DNA of 64,000 nucleotides from an uncultured Candidatus Saccharibacteria bacterium (GTDB lineage: Bacteria > Patescibacteriota > Minisyncoccia > SW-4-49-11): assembly GCA_964633865.1 (NCBI GenBank), contig CAZWIJ010000003.1, positions 40,656 through 104,655 of the forward strand, given 5' to 3'. The position numbers were made by a program, and so were the translations under genes. This document shows, piece by piece, positions 1 to 10,608 of this stretch (within the stretch, counting starts at the first letter, position 1; the number at the start of each line of letters is the position of its first letter). The notes below the pieces were generated by a model. It searched no databases and was not told where the DNA came from. It saw nothing but the letters and a program-made list of their open reading frames with translations.

Positions 1-1
1 T

Positions 2-1717
2 TTTCACTCTGTTTGTCTTAATATTTTATTTAAAGAAGCTGTGAATTTGGGTTATAAAAATAATTTTCTAATCTATGATTCTCAGGATTCTCAAAGCCTG
101 ATCAAAGATCTTTTGAAAGCAAAAATGATTCCTATTGAAAAAATAAAACCTAGTTCCATACAATTTCTCATTTCACAAGCTAAAAACTCTTTGATCACAT
201 CTTCAAAATTTGCTATGCAAACCCCAAGTTCTGAATTAGAAGAAATTACTATTCAAATTTATCAAGAATACCAAAAAAGATTATTACAGAATAATGCTAT
301 GGATTTTGATGATATTATTATGAATGTTGTAACTTTATTCCAAAATCACCCTGAAATTCTAACTAAATATCAAGATAGATTTCAATATATTATGATTGAT
401 GAGTATCAAGATACAAATCATGCTCAATATTTGATGGTAAAAATGTTAGCAATCAAAAACCAAAATATATGTGTTGTGGGGGATGATTTCCAAGCTATCT
501 ATTCTTGGAGAGGAGCAAATTTCAAAAACATACTTAATTTTTCTAAAGATTATAAAAATACTAAAACTATATTATTAGAGCAAAATTATAGATCTACCCA
601 AATAATTCTAGATGCTGCCAATAAAGTAATTGAAAAAAATACTGAAAAAACAGATAAGAACCTGTGGACTGAAAAACAAGATGGGGATTTGATTCAACTT
701 GTAGAAGCTGAAAATGAATATCAAGAGAGTGTATTTGTAGCGAAAAAAATTCAAGAATTACAAAGAATAAATAAGCATAGATTATCTGACTTTGCTTGTC
801 TTTATCGTACAAATGCTCAATCCAGATCTCTTGAAGAAGCTTTTTTGCAATTTGGTATTCCCTATCAGGTTATAGGTGGAATAAAATTTTATGATAGAGC
901 TGAGATCAAAGATATTCTTGCTTATTTAAAGTTTTTATATAATCCTAATGATGAGACATCTTTCAAAAGAATAGTTAATGTACCAAAAAGAGCGGTTGGG
1001 AAAACTTCCATTGATAAAATCTTAGCCACATATCACGAACAAGTAGAAAAATCTAATGAAATTTCTCTAGCTCATATTCTGATTGATCCTACTGAATTTA
1101 ACTTAAAGATAACAGGCAAAGCTAAGTTAGGAATAGAATCTTTTATGAATCAAATGGCGAATCTAAGAGATAAAATTAATCAAGATAATTATAATTTATC
1201 TAAATTAGTATCTGATTTATTAAAAGAAACTGGGTATATAAAAATATTTGATAATGATGATAAATCTGAAGAAAGACTAGCAAATATAGATGAGCTATTC
1301 TCTGTAACTCAGAAATTTGATAATAAAGAACCTATGGAAGCTTTGTACGAATTTTTACAGGAGACTGCTCTGCTCTCTGATACAGATAGTCTTGAAGCTC
1401 AAGAGAAAGTTACTCTAATGACTTATCATAGTGCAAAAGGATTGGAATTTCCTGTTGTCTTTATGATTGGGATGGAAGACGGAATTCTCCCTCATTCAAG
1501 GAGCTTGATGTCACAAAAAGAATTAGAAGAAGAAAGAAGATTATGTTATGTAGGAATTACCAGAGCCAAAGATAAATTATTTATGACTTATACTCAGATT
1601 AGAAGAATTTTTGGTCAAATGCAAGCTAATCCTTCTTCCAGATTCTTACAAGAAATACCAGACTATTTATTTGAATCGATTTCTCTTGGATATTCTGATT
1701 ATGATAGCGAATGGTAA
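2..1717 (+). CDS. pcrA: ATP-dependent DNA helicase PcrA/UvrD, 5'-truncated by window edge
   Basis: Frame is open from position 2 (FHS motif); IDEYQDTN, VGDDFQAIYSWRGA, LEQNYRS, TYHSAKGLEF and EERRLCYVGITRAK are SF1 motifs. Confidence 0.95.
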   Translation, partial: FHSVCLNILFKEAVNLGYKNNFLIYDSQDSQSLIKDLLKAKMIPIEKIKPSSIQFLISQAKNSLITSSKFAMQTPSSELEEITIQIYQEYQKRLLQNNAMDFDDIIMNVVTLFQNHPEILTKYQDRFQYIMIDEYQDTNHAQYLMVKMLAIKNQNICVVGDDFQAIYSWRGANFKNILNFSKDYKNTKTILLEQNYRSTQIILDAANKVIEKNTEKTDKNLWTEKQDGDLIQLVEAENEYQESVFVAKKIQELQRINKHRLSDFACLYRTNAQSRSLEEAFLQFGIPYQVIGGIKFYDRAEIKDILAYLKFLYNPNDETSFKRIVNVPKRAVGKTSIDKILATYHEQVEKSNEISLAHILIDPTEFNLKITGKAKLGIESFMNQMANLRDKINQDNYNLSKLVSDLLKETGYIKIFDNDDKSEERLANIDELFSVTQKFDNKEPMEALYEFLQETALLSDTDSLEAQEKVTLMTYHSAKGLEFPVVFMIGMEDGILPHSRSLMSQKELEEERRLCYVGITRAKDKLFMTYTQIRRIFGQMQANPSSRFLQEIPDYLFESISLGYSDYDSEW

Positions 1718-1775
1718 GAGATAATTTGACTTTAAAGTAGTAAGATTATTTTAAATAATTTTTTGTAATTTACTA

Positions 1776-1821
1776 TTAACAAAATTTAAAGTTGATGATA
1801 TTATAAAAAAGCACTTTAATA
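1776..1821 (+). promoter_or_regulatory. sigma70 promoter plus boxA-like motif GCACTTTAAT
   Basis: TTAACA(1776)-17-TATTAT(1799) with upstream TG; GCACTTTAAT starts 6 nt after -10. Confidence 0.6.
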
Positions 1822-1833
1822 GAAGTTTAGCTT

Positions 1834-2484
1834 ATGAAGATTCTTGTAAGAATGTGTGCACCTGGAGAACTAAATGATGCAGAAGAATTTATTAATTTTC
1901 TAAGAAAAAATAAATGTCTCAATAAATATAAATCCTTGATATCAGCAGTATTTTGGGATGAAAAAAAACCAGATTTTAAAAGTTTTTTTGAATGGTTACT
2001 TGAGTTAGAGTTAGCATCTGAATATCACGATAGTGATGTTGAACTTACTGAAGAATTAGTTTTTATTCATTTAGTAAAAACTTACTTGTTTAATAATTAC
2101 GATTATTTTATCAATTCCCCAAAATGTGTTGTTCAAACAGAACCTATTGAGATAACTAGGCATATATTTGAGGCTTATTATGAGGAATATTCATTAATAG
2201 AAAATTTTTGTTATGAGAATCAAAAACTTATACTAAATAATCCTGAAAAATTGTTTAGTAAATTTACTAAACAATGCTTAGAAGATTTATTTGGGTTCTT
2301 GAGTTTAAATATGGGAATATGTAAATTAGCTTTAGATGAAAATAAATTAAAGAGAAAAAAGTTTTTTAAAAAGTCACTAATAGCTTACAACTCTATAAAA
2401 AGGTTTCATAAATTACTTTACAAAGATCTTGTTGATTTTACTAAAAGTAAAAGTGTATGTAGTAATCCAAGTGATTTAATTTAA
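1834..2484 (+). CDS. orphan hypothetical protein
   Basis: 216-aa ORF with own promoter and terminator; no recognisable motif. Confidence 0.75.
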   Translation: MKILVRMCAPGELNDAEEFINFLRKNKCLNKYKSLISAVFWDEKKPDFKSFFEWLLELELASEYHDSDVELTEELVFIHLVKTYLFNNYDYFINSPKCVVQTEPIEITRHIFEAYYEEYSLIENFCYENQKLILNNPEKLFSKFTKQCLEDLFGFLSLNMGICKLALDENKLKRKKFFKKSLIAYNSIKRFHKLLYKDLVDFTKSKSVCSNPSDLI

Positions 2485-2496
2485 ATATTTTATCCA

Positions 2497-2529
2497 CCAT
2501 CCTAAATTATAGGATGGCTTTTTTATTTT
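2497..2529 (+). terminator. intrinsic terminator
   Basis: CCATCCTA-aatta-TAGGATGG followed by T-tract. Confidence 0.8.
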
Positions 2530-2569
2530 GAGAACAAGATTAAATAGTTTTATTTTTCCAAAAAAAATG

Positions 2570-2642
2570 TGCCCCGAATAAGAATTGCACTTATGACACC
2601 AGGTTCTTCAGACCTGTGCTCTACTAACTGAGCTATCGGGGC
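2570..2642 (-). tRNA. tRNA-Phe(GAA), CCA not encoded
   Basis: Cloverleaf GCCCCGA...TCGGGGC-A; anticodon arm CAGGT-CTGAAGA-ACCTG; T-loop TGCAATT. Confidence 0.93.
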
Positions 2643-2688
2643 TTTACTCTATATATTATCCTAAATAAACCGTGTTTTGTCAATAGCT

Positions 2689-4248
2689 TTATTTAATTTT
2701 CTTATTTAACTCAAGAGGAGCGATAAGATTCCATTTTCTTACTATATAATAATACACTAGAATTGCTGGGGCTGATGAAAGCATAACTTGTAGAGATACA
2801 TTTACTAATCCATCTACATCAATAAATAAACCGTATAGTGTTTTTATCCCAAAAGCTGGAATTATCATAATAAGAGAACTAATCAATACCTTAGATGAAT
2901 ATTCTATAATTTGATTTAAATAGTAATTTTTAGTGACTTTAAATACAACATATCCATATATTAGACAAACCACAAATATACTAAATGAAAATGCTAAAGC
3001 TACCCCCACCACTCCATAAATACTTGATAAAATATTTGAAGAAATTACAGTTAGTATAATACTAAAAAGACCTATATACATTGGAGTCTTTGTATCATGT
3101 CTGGCATATAAAACTCTTGAGAACAATGGTATTAATCCTTGAAAAGGTAATGAGATTACAAAAGCAGTAAAGGTCTTATAAACTAAATTCGTTGCTTCCC
3201 AGTCAAATTTACCTGATCCGTACACAATTCTTACTAACTGTGCTCTGTAATTTAACATTAAAAAAGTAATTGGGATTAATGCAAATAAAATTCTCATAAT
3301 AGTAATATTGACATAATTCCTAAAATCTTTTTTTCTATTTTGTGCATAAGATTCTGTAAGATATGGGAAAATTGCAGTCACAAAAGCTACCACTATTATA
3401 CCTATTGCGATTGTGTTTAAATTAAAAGCAAAATTAAATACTGATACTGCTTTTTCTTTTGTAGAAGCAATAGAAGTACCTATAAACATACTAATCATAG
3501 ATATATCTATAACAAGTATTCTTGGCCAATATAAATTCCATAATTTTCTCAAATTATTAAAATTAAATCCAAATGTAAATTTAAATGGAAACTTGGTTCC
3601 AATAAAAGCTGGTATTTGTACTAAAAGATGTAATATAGCTCCTAAGACTACACCATAACCTAAACCCTCAACTCCCACTCTTGGATACAAAAAAGCTATT
3701 CCTATTATAATACCAATATTATAAAATATAGGTGCAATTGCTGCTGAAATAAATTTTTTATAGGTATTCAGAATACTAGTAAATACACTAGATAAACTAA
3801 ATATTAAAGGAGAAAAAGCCATTATTCTCATAAGATCAATTGTATTTTGTAGCTTTTCACCTTCATATGATATAGCAACAATTCTTACCAAATAAGGTGC
3901 TCCAAAAAACATTATCAATGATAAAGCTCCCATAATAAAAAACACTATAACTAACACATCATCTACTAGATCTTGAGCTTCTTTTAAATTTTTTTTATGT
4001 AATAGCTGATTAAAAACTGGAATAAAGGCACTTGACAATGTACCCAAAACTAAAATACCAAAAATCAAATCTGGGATCTTAAAAGCTGATTGATAGCTAT
4101 CGGCTATATCCCCTACTCCAAAATTACTAGTTAATATTCTATCTCTCAAAATGCCTACTAATTTACTCATTAAAGATAATATCATCAGTGTAACTGTATG
4201 AAATAAAATCTTATTATTTTTAAGTGAGCTTTTTATTTTAAAAATCAT
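2689..4248 (-). CDS. murJ: lipid II flippase MurJ
   Basis: SKLVGILRD, ADSYQSAFKIPD, SSAFIPVF; many TM segments. Confidence 0.93.
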   Translation of the reverse strand: MIFKIKSSLKNNKILFHTVTLMILSLMSKLVGILRDRILTSNFGVGDIADSYQSAFKIPDLIFGILVLGTLSSAFIPVFNQLLHKKNLKEAQDLVDDVLVIVFFIMGALSLIMFFGAPYLVRIVAISYEGEKLQNTIDLMRIMAFSPLIFSLSSVFTSILNTYKKFISAAIAPIFYNIGIIIGIAFLYPRVGVEGLGYGVVLGAILHLLVQIPAFIGTKFPFKFTFGFNFNNLRKLWNLYWPRILVIDISMISMFIGTSIASTKEKAVSVFNFAFNLNTIAIGIIVVAFVTAIFPYLTESYAQNRKKDFRNYVNITIMRILFALIPITFLMLNYRAQLVRIVYGSGKFDWEATNLVYKTFTAFVISLPFQGLIPLFSRVLYARHDTKTPMYIGLFSIILTVISSNILSSIYGVVGVALAFSFSIFVVCLIYGYVVFKVTKNYYLNQIIEYSSKVLISSLIMIIPAFGIKTLYGLFIDVDGLVNVSLQVMLSSAPAILVYYYIVRKWNLIAPLELNKKIK

Positions 4249-5028
4249 TTAAATATATTTAATTAGAAAATCACCTAATTCTATCGCATCTTTTAGTCTA
4301 TCTGTGGATAATTTTTCTAATGGAGGACATTCATCACCAACATAAATTTTGGTAGACACATCAAGCTCAAATAATGCTATATCATTATAACCATTTCCTA
4401 TCACTGCTATGTCTTCCATTCCAAGTCCTAATTTTTTAGCTAGAATTTTCACGGATTCTCCTTTTGTAGTTCCGAGATTTGTTACTTCATATGTATTCAT
4501 ATTTGGGATACAATTTGCTTTATAGTCTACAGGTAATATTACTTCACCTGATTTTATACCAAAAACTATTCTGGCTGGTTTTAAATCATTGATTTTTTTA
4601 ATAAACTTAGATTTATCAAAAATTATCTCATCTGTCATATACCCTAAACTAGGATATAATTCCTTTTCTTTGGTATAAAAAGTATATTTTTGAGCTAAAC
4701 CTCTATAATAACCAATATATAATAAATCATTATTTTCAATTATATAATCTGTTGCATCTAGTATATCTTGACTTAACTCATCTTGAAACAAGTATTTCTC
4801 ATATATATCCCCTATTCTAGCACCATTTTCTAATATCATATATGTATTAGGAACAAACTGAGCTCCATATTTCAAAAGAAATTGGATATAAGAATTTCCT
4901 GTTGCGACAGTACACAATTTTCCAGATCTTTGCATAGCTCTTAATGTGTTTTGTAAATTAAAAGGAATCTCTCTACCTTTTATAGTAAGAGTCCCATCTA
5001 TATCAAAAACAAATAATTTTATAGCCAT
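4249..5028 (-). CDS. Cof-type HAD hydrolase
   Basis: FDIDGTL, ATG, TKG, GNGYND HAD motifs. Confidence 0.88.
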   Translation of the reverse strand: MAIKLFVFDIDGTLTIKGREIPFNLQNTLRAMQRSGKLCTVATGNSYIQFLLKYGAQFVPNTYMILENGARIGDIYEKYLFQDELSQDILDATDYIIENNDLLYIGYYRGLAQKYTFYTKEKELYPSLGYMTDEIIFDKSKFIKKINDLKPARIVFGIKSGEVILPVDYKANCIPNMNTYEVTNLGTTKGESVKILAKKLGLGMEDIAVIGNGYNDIALFELDVSTKIYVGDECPPLEKLSTDRLKDAIELGDFLIKYI

Positions 5029-5140
5029 ATATTATTATTAAACTATATTTAGTTTAACAGAAATCATGGGTTTATTCAAGGGTATAGAAAGCAAGAATTT
5101 GCTAACTATTCAATGGTTAATTTGATTATAAAGAAAAATA

Positions 5141-5386
5141 TTAATCTCTTATCTCAAAAATTTTATTACTACTTGTAGTACCTCTTTTCAAGACAATTTG
5201 ATTTTTTGAGACTTGAAAAAATTCTGCTAAAAGGCTTATTATTTCTAAATTTGCTTTATTATCTATCGGTAGCGACTTTACTTTTACAAGATATATAGGC
5301 AAATCATTATCCAAAAAAGACTGTGTGGGTAACAGTCTTACTTTGGTTTCTTTTTGCTTTACCTTTACTTTGACTTGAATGAGCAT
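5141..5386 (-). CDS. DUF167/YggU family protein
   Basis: PIDNKAN...LAEFFQV...GTTSSNK signature. Confidence 0.85.
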   Translation of the reverse strand: MLIQVKVKVKQKETKVRLLPTQSFLDNDLPIYLVKVKSLPIDNKANLEIISLLAEFFQVSKNQIVLKRGTTSSNKIFEIRD

Positions 5387-8300
5387 TTATTTTTTCTTAT
5401 AAGCCCAGTATAACCAATAAATAGGCATCATAGGATAAAATGTTAGCTTCAAAAACCAATTTAAATCATGGAAATTTTTACTAGACCATCTAAAAAATGT
5501 GAATAAAATTGGAGTTGTTATCAAAGAGATAAATCCTGATGATAATAATCCAAACATTATCACTAAAGATATCGGTCTATAAATTTCAGATAACCAAGCT
5601 AGTGGAGCCAAAGAAGCAATAGCAGTGAACTTAGTCATCAAAACTGGTTTTAGTCTAATTCCTGATGATATTGTGATTGCCTTTACTGGATCTTCACCTT
5701 CTTCTATTCTTTGATTTGCTGAATCAATAAGGAAAATTGCCACATTCTCAACAATACCAACTAAAATTATCATTCCAATTATTTCCAAGAATCCAAATTG
5801 TCCATTACTCAAATGAGCAAGTGCAGGCATAATTCCAATAAATGTAAGTGGTATAGTATAAAGAATAACTAAGGGTTGAGTAAATGAATTAAAGAATAAT
5901 GCCAAAACTATATAGCTTGAGAATATAGCTAATAGAAGTGCTATTGACAATTCACTAAATGACTTCAAGAATCCTGCAGTATCACCTTCACTATAAATCT
6001 CTAGAGAATCTTTATTAAGTTCTAATTCTTTTAGCAGTTTAGCATCATCAGCTTGATATTGCTCTATCAAAGCAGTACCTATTCTACTTGCTATTGCTTG
6101 ATCATTAGTATACTCATTATCTAATTTAGCTTTGATAACACCAATTGTTTGTCCTTTAACTCTTTGGATATTAGATTTTTGAGCTGTTTCTTCAATTGAA
6201 CCAATTTCTGATACTTTAAATCTCTGACCTGATGAATTAAATATATTAATATTATTTAATTCATCAATACTTTTTGGACTAGATTTTTGATCTTCTAAAT
6301 AAATATCTATATCTTTACCTTCAATATCTATATTTGTTACTTTCTGGTCATTATTTAGAACAAAATTTTGTTTAATTGAACTGTTAACTAATGCTGTTGC
6401 TGGAATATTTTGACCCAATAATAAATTTTTTTCTTCCAAAATATTCCTGTCAAATCTAAAGTCTAATATCTTATTATCTTTTCCTGTAAATCCATCATCC
6501 ACTTTCTGAACTAACTTTTTACCATCACTACATTCTTGATCAAATATAATTTTGTCATCTATTAGACAAGCTTTGGCTAATGTTTCACCAATTTCTATAT
6601 TAGATTTTTTAATAATATCTAAATTATTATTCTTAACACTCAGTGATACCTGATAATCACTTGTTGGTGGCCCTTGTGTTATTATGTCAGTAGTATAATC
6701 AAATAGTTTTTCATCAAATTCATCTAAATCTTCTCTTAAATCAGCTATGATTTCTTTTGACGAATATTCTGGCCTTTTATCTTCTGACACAAAATTAATA
6801 TAATATTGAAATGAATTATTGCTTGTTTCAATTGAATAGACATCTTTTACTCCCTTATTCTCTTGGATTTTTGTTAAAATATCTGATAATGTATTTTGTT
6901 TGTCATCAACAGTAAGGTTATTAACAAATGTTCCCGTAACAAAAGCTTCATTACTATTATCTCCTGATGAGAACGAAACTGAAATTATTTGTCTTGTTCC
7001 AAAATAATAGGCAGAGATAGCAATTGGAATAACTAACCCTAATATTATAATTAAAGTCGGTACAATCTTATTACCAGCTAAAATTTTCTGATTTAAATTA
7101 ATTAACCATTTTCCAATTCCCCATAGATTTTCTTCTTCACTTGAAGTTGTATTTTTATTTGGTTTTAAGAATATTCCTCCAAGCCAAGCTAAGAAAACTA
7201 TAGGCACTACATATGAACCAACTACTGCTGGTATAATAGTAAGTGGGATATACTTAAAAATTTGTCCTAATATTCCTGAGATTATTCCAAATGGCAAGAA
7301 TACAATTATATTAGTTAGTGTAGCTAAAAATAATCCCATACCGACATCTTTCACAGCTTCTAGAGATGCTTCTTTACCTCTTAATCCAGTATCTATTTTC
7401 CTTTGAATAGATTCCAAAATAACCAAAGTTGGATCAACAACCAGACCTATCACCAAAACAAGTGAGAACAAAACTAGTGTATTCAAACTTTGTCCAGTAA
7501 AGTAAAGATAAATTGTTGAGAATGATAGTGATAATGGAATAGAAATAGCTGAAATTAATGCAGCTCTCCAAGATACAAAAGCTACCATCACTAAAAATAC
7601 TAATTGAATTCCTCCCAATATCCAACCTAAATTAGAAATAAAAGGATTATCAACATCTAACTTACCTCCAATCAGACCACTTATAACTTCATTTACTTGT
7701 TCTTGATTAGAAGCATTAACTGAATAATTTTCTATAATTTGAACTCTTTCTTTATCAAAAGATTTATCTTGATCTTCATAAGTAATCAAATCTACTCCAT
7801 CATAACTTGATATTTTATCTTTTATTTTTTTATCTAACTTAGAAAGATCTGATCCTTTAACTGATTTTATTGAGAATACTTGACTTTTATTAATAATCGA
7901 ATCTTCACCTTGTCTTATACCAGAATAAGTATTGATATCATTTTCAGTCTTATAAGTTGTTTCCAATTGAGCGAAGTCTTGTAATAAAAGTTTAGTTGGA
8001 ACTGGGGTAGGGATAGGCGATGTAAAAGATAAATTTTTGATGTCATCAAGAGAGGTAGATTCAAGACTAGTCACAATTGATTGAGATTTATCATCAATAT
8101 TAATATCAGAAATCACAGGTAAACTTTCTCCAGTATTTTTTAGTTTAGCAACAATACCATCTACAGAAATCCCATTTTGAGCTAATTTATCTGTATCTAA
8201 TTTTATTACTAATCTTTTCTCTAATGGGATTTCTGCTTCAAATTTAGCTATTTCTGGAAATTCTTTTAAATCTTCTTTTAATTTTTCTGATATATTATAG

Positions 8301-8797
8301 ATTTTTTCTGAACTATCTCCTGTAACTGAATAAATAAAATCTGGTCCTCCAATATCTATATTAACCAAAGAAGGTTTTTGACTATCTTCAGGTAATTTTA
8401 TTGATTGAATTTGGGTTGCTAATTTATTTTTAACATTGTCTGTATCAGCATTTTGTGCTATTGAAATAGATATACCAGAAAAAGAGTTACTACTATTGCT
8501 AGTATAGCTCTCTACACCTTCTATATCTTTGATTACATTTTCTAAAGGAATTGTTATATCTCTATTCACAATTTCGCTAGATGCACCAGGATAAACTGTC
8601 TGTATAAAAGCAAATTTAACCTCTGGATTAGGAAATCCCGATGGTTTCATTTGAATTATTGTAAATGTTCCTAACAAAACCAAACCTATAAAGCTTAGAA
8701 TAGTTAATCTATGATTATGTAGAAAAACTTCTGTCAACCAAAGGTTGAAGTTAAAACTTTTTTTAGACTTTACACTTTCTAATTCTTTTTTATCCAT
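5387..8797 (-). CDS. AcrB/RND family efflux permease
   Basis: YPGASSE, two large extracytoplasmic loops, RLKPVLMT; 1136 aa. Confidence 0.9.
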   Translation of the reverse strand: MDKKELESVKSKKSFNFNLWLTEVFLHNHRLTILSFIGLVLLGTFTIIQMKPSGFPNPEVKFAFIQTVYPGASSEIVNRDITIPLENVIKDIEGVESYTSNSSNSFSGISISIAQNADTDNVKNKLATQIQSIKLPEDSQKPSLVNIDIGGPDFIYSVTGDSSEKIYNISEKLKEDLKEFPEIAKFEAEIPLEKRLVIKLDTDKLAQNGISVDGIVAKLKNTGESLPVISDINIDDKSQSIVTSLESTSLDDIKNLSFTSPIPTPVPTKLLLQDFAQLETTYKTENDINTYSGIRQGEDSIINKSQVFSIKSVKGSDLSKLDKKIKDKISSYDGVDLITYEDQDKSFDKERVQIIENYSVNASNQEQVNEVISGLIGGKLDVDNPFISNLGWILGGIQLVFLVMVAFVSWRAALISAISIPLSLSFSTIYLYFTGQSLNTLVLFSLVLVIGLVVDPTLVILESIQRKIDTGLRGKEASLEAVKDVGMGLFLATLTNIIVFLPFGIISGILGQIFKYIPLTIIPAVVGSYVVPIVFLAWLGGIFLKPNKNTTSSEEENLWGIGKWLINLNQKILAGNKIVPTLIIILGLVIPIAISAYYFGTRQIISVSFSSGDNSNEAFVTGTFVNNLTVDDKQNTLSDILTKIQENKGVKDVYSIETSNNSFQYYINFVSEDKRPEYSSKEIIADLREDLDEFDEKLFDYTTDIITQGPPTSDYQVSLSVKNNNLDIIKKSNIEIGETLAKACLIDDKIIFDQECSDGKKLVQKVDDGFTGKDNKILDFRFDRNILEEKNLLLGQNIPATALVNSSIKQNFVLNNDQKVTNIDIEGKDIDIYLEDQKSSPKSIDELNNINIFNSSGQRFKVSEIGSIEETAQKSNIQRVKGQTIGVIKAKLDNEYTNDQAIASRIGTALIEQYQADDAKLLKELELNKDSLEIYSEGDTAGFLKSFSELSIALLLAIFSSYIVLALFFNSFTQPLVILYTIPLTFIGIMPALAHLSNGQFGFLEIIGMIILVGIVENVAIFLIDSANQRIEEGEDPVKAITISSGIRLKPVLMTKFTAIASLAPLAWLSEIYRPISLVIMFGLLSSGFISLITTPILFTFFRWSSKNFHDLNWFLKLTFYPMMPIYWLYWAYKKK

Positions 8798-8825
8798 AAA
8801 TTTAAATGTCTTATAAATATATATT

Positions 8826-8891
8826 TTAGCAAACTAAATATTAAATTGCTAATACTAAATTAATAATATCAAATAATTTATTCGATGTCAA
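8826..8891 (-). promoter_or_regulatory. sigma70 promoter of RND gene with downstream CIRCE-like inverted repeat
   Basis: TTGACA(8891-8886)-17-TATTAT; TTAGCAATT-N9-GTTTGCTAA at 8852-8826. Confidence 0.6.
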
Positions 8892-8906
8892 TTTAAATAA
8901 ATTATT

Positions 8907-9677
8907 TTAACTCCTAATCCCAACTCCTTTATTTAGTAGATATAAATCTATCAAACCAAGTATGAATACAAATCCAAACAAAATCAATAAACTTAAAGCA
9001 ATGGATACATCAGCAAATCCAAAAAATCCATACCTAAATCCACTTACCATGTATAAAACTGGATTGAATCTGGAAACATTTTGCCAGAAATCTGGTAGAT
9101 TATCTACAGAATAAAAAACTCCTCCTAAATATGTAAGTGGAGTTAATACAAAAGTTGGAATTATGGAGATATGATCAAATTTTTTAGCATAAATAGCATT
9201 TAATAAACCTGCAAAAGCAAATGTAAGTGAAGTAAGTATTGCAAATAAACTAGTAAGAAAAATATTATTGATACTAATTTCTGTAAATAAAAGTGAAATT
9301 ATAAATACAATAATACCTATTACTAGACCTCTTACAATTCCTCCCAAAGAATATCCCATAATAATTACCCAATTTGGTGTAGGAGAAACTAAAATCTCTT
9401 CAATACTTTTCTGGAATTTATGTCCAAAAAATGAACCTGCTACATTCATAAAAGAATTAGTAATAATAGCCATCATAACAAGTCCAGGAACTATAAATTC
9501 TATATAAGACATACCATTAATATCTCTAATTTGAGAACCTATAAATCCTCCAAAAATCAAAAAATATAAACTTGTTGTTATAACTGATGGAAGTAAAGAT
9601 TGAGGCCAAATTCTAAATATTCTCACTACTTCTCTATTAATAATTGTTTTTAATGGTATCAAAATTGGTGTTTTCAT
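8907..9677 (-). CDS. yadH: ABC-2 transporter permease (YadH-like)
   Basis: REVVRIFRIW, YIEFIVPGL, PLTYLGGVFYS. Confidence 0.85.
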   Translation of the reverse strand: MKTPILIPLKTIINREVVRIFRIWPQSLLPSVITTSLYFLIFGGFIGSQIRDINGMSYIEFIVPGLVMMAIITNSFMNVAGSFFGHKFQKSIEEILVSPTPNWVIIMGYSLGGIVRGLVIGIIVFIISLLFTEISINNIFLTSLFAILTSLTFAFAGLLNAIYAKKFDHISIIPTFVLTPLTYLGGVFYSVDNLPDFWQNVSRFNPVLYMVSGFRYGFFGFADVSIALSLLILFGFVFILGLIDLYLLNKGVGIRS

Positions 9678-9682
9678 ATAAT

Positions 9683-10591
9683 TTATGATTTAAATACTTT
9701 ATTTATAAATACCTCTTCTAATCTATTCGATCTATTTTTTATACCAAGAATCTTAATATTTAATTTATGCAACTCTTTTGTAATATCAAATAAATCTTCA
9801 TCTTTCATAAAATCTGTTTCTATAGAATCTTGATCTATTATTCTATATCTCTTTGGCAATCTATCAAGATTTTTTGCTTCTACATCAAAAATTATAATTT
9901 CTTTCTTTAACTCAGATAAAAGCTCCTTTACTGTTCCTACTTCTAAAATTTTACCTTCTGCTATAATCCCAATTCTATCACACAACATCTCAGCCTCTTC
10001 TAAATAATGAGTGGTTAAAATAATTGTTTTTCCCTCTTTATGTATTTCTCTAATAAAATCCCACATTTCCCTTCTTAGCTCTACATCTACCCCAGCTGAA
10101 GGCTCATCTAAAATCAAAATATCTGGCTCATGAATAAGAGCTCTTACAATCATTAATCTTCTTTTCATTCCTCCAGATAATTGCATAGCCATAGAATCTT
10201 TTTTCTCCCAAAGACCTAATCTTTTCAAGTATTTCTCAGATCTTTCTTTTGCAATTTGATGATCTATTCCATAAAATCCAGCTTGCTGAATTACTATATC
10301 CTGAACTTTCTCAAAAATATTAAAGTTAAATTCTTGAGGTACTACTCCTAAATGAGTTTTTGACTCAGACAAATTAGATTCAAAATCCATACCCATTATC
10401 TCTATTTTACCTTGAGATTTATTAGAAAGAGTTGTTAATATATTAATTAAAGTTGATTTCCCTGCTCCATTAGCTCCTAAAAGACCAAATATTTCCCCTT
10501 TATTAATATCTAAATCTATTTTCTTTAAAGCTTTTACTCCATTATCATATGATTTTTTCAGTGATTTTATGCTGATTGCAATATCTTTCAT
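9683..10591 (-). CDS. yadG: ABC transporter ATP-binding protein (YadG-like)
   Basis: GANGAGKST, LSGGMKRR, ILDEP. Confidence 0.88.
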   Translation of the reverse strand: MKDIAISIKSLKKSYDNGVKALKKIDLDINKGEIFGLLGANGAGKSTLINILTTLSNKSQGKIEIMGMDFESNLSESKTHLGVVPQEFNFNIFEKVQDIVIQQAGFYGIDHQIAKERSEKYLKRLGLWEKKDSMAMQLSGGMKRRLMIVRALIHEPDILILDEPSAGVDVELRREMWDFIREIHKEGKTIILTTHYLEEAEMLCDRIGIIAEGKILEVGTVKELLSELKKEIIIFDVEAKNLDRLPKRYRIIDQDSIETDFMKDEDLFDITKELHKLNIKILGIKNRSNRLEEVFINKVFKS

Positions 10592-10608
10592 TTAAGTTTA
10601 AGGTTAAA

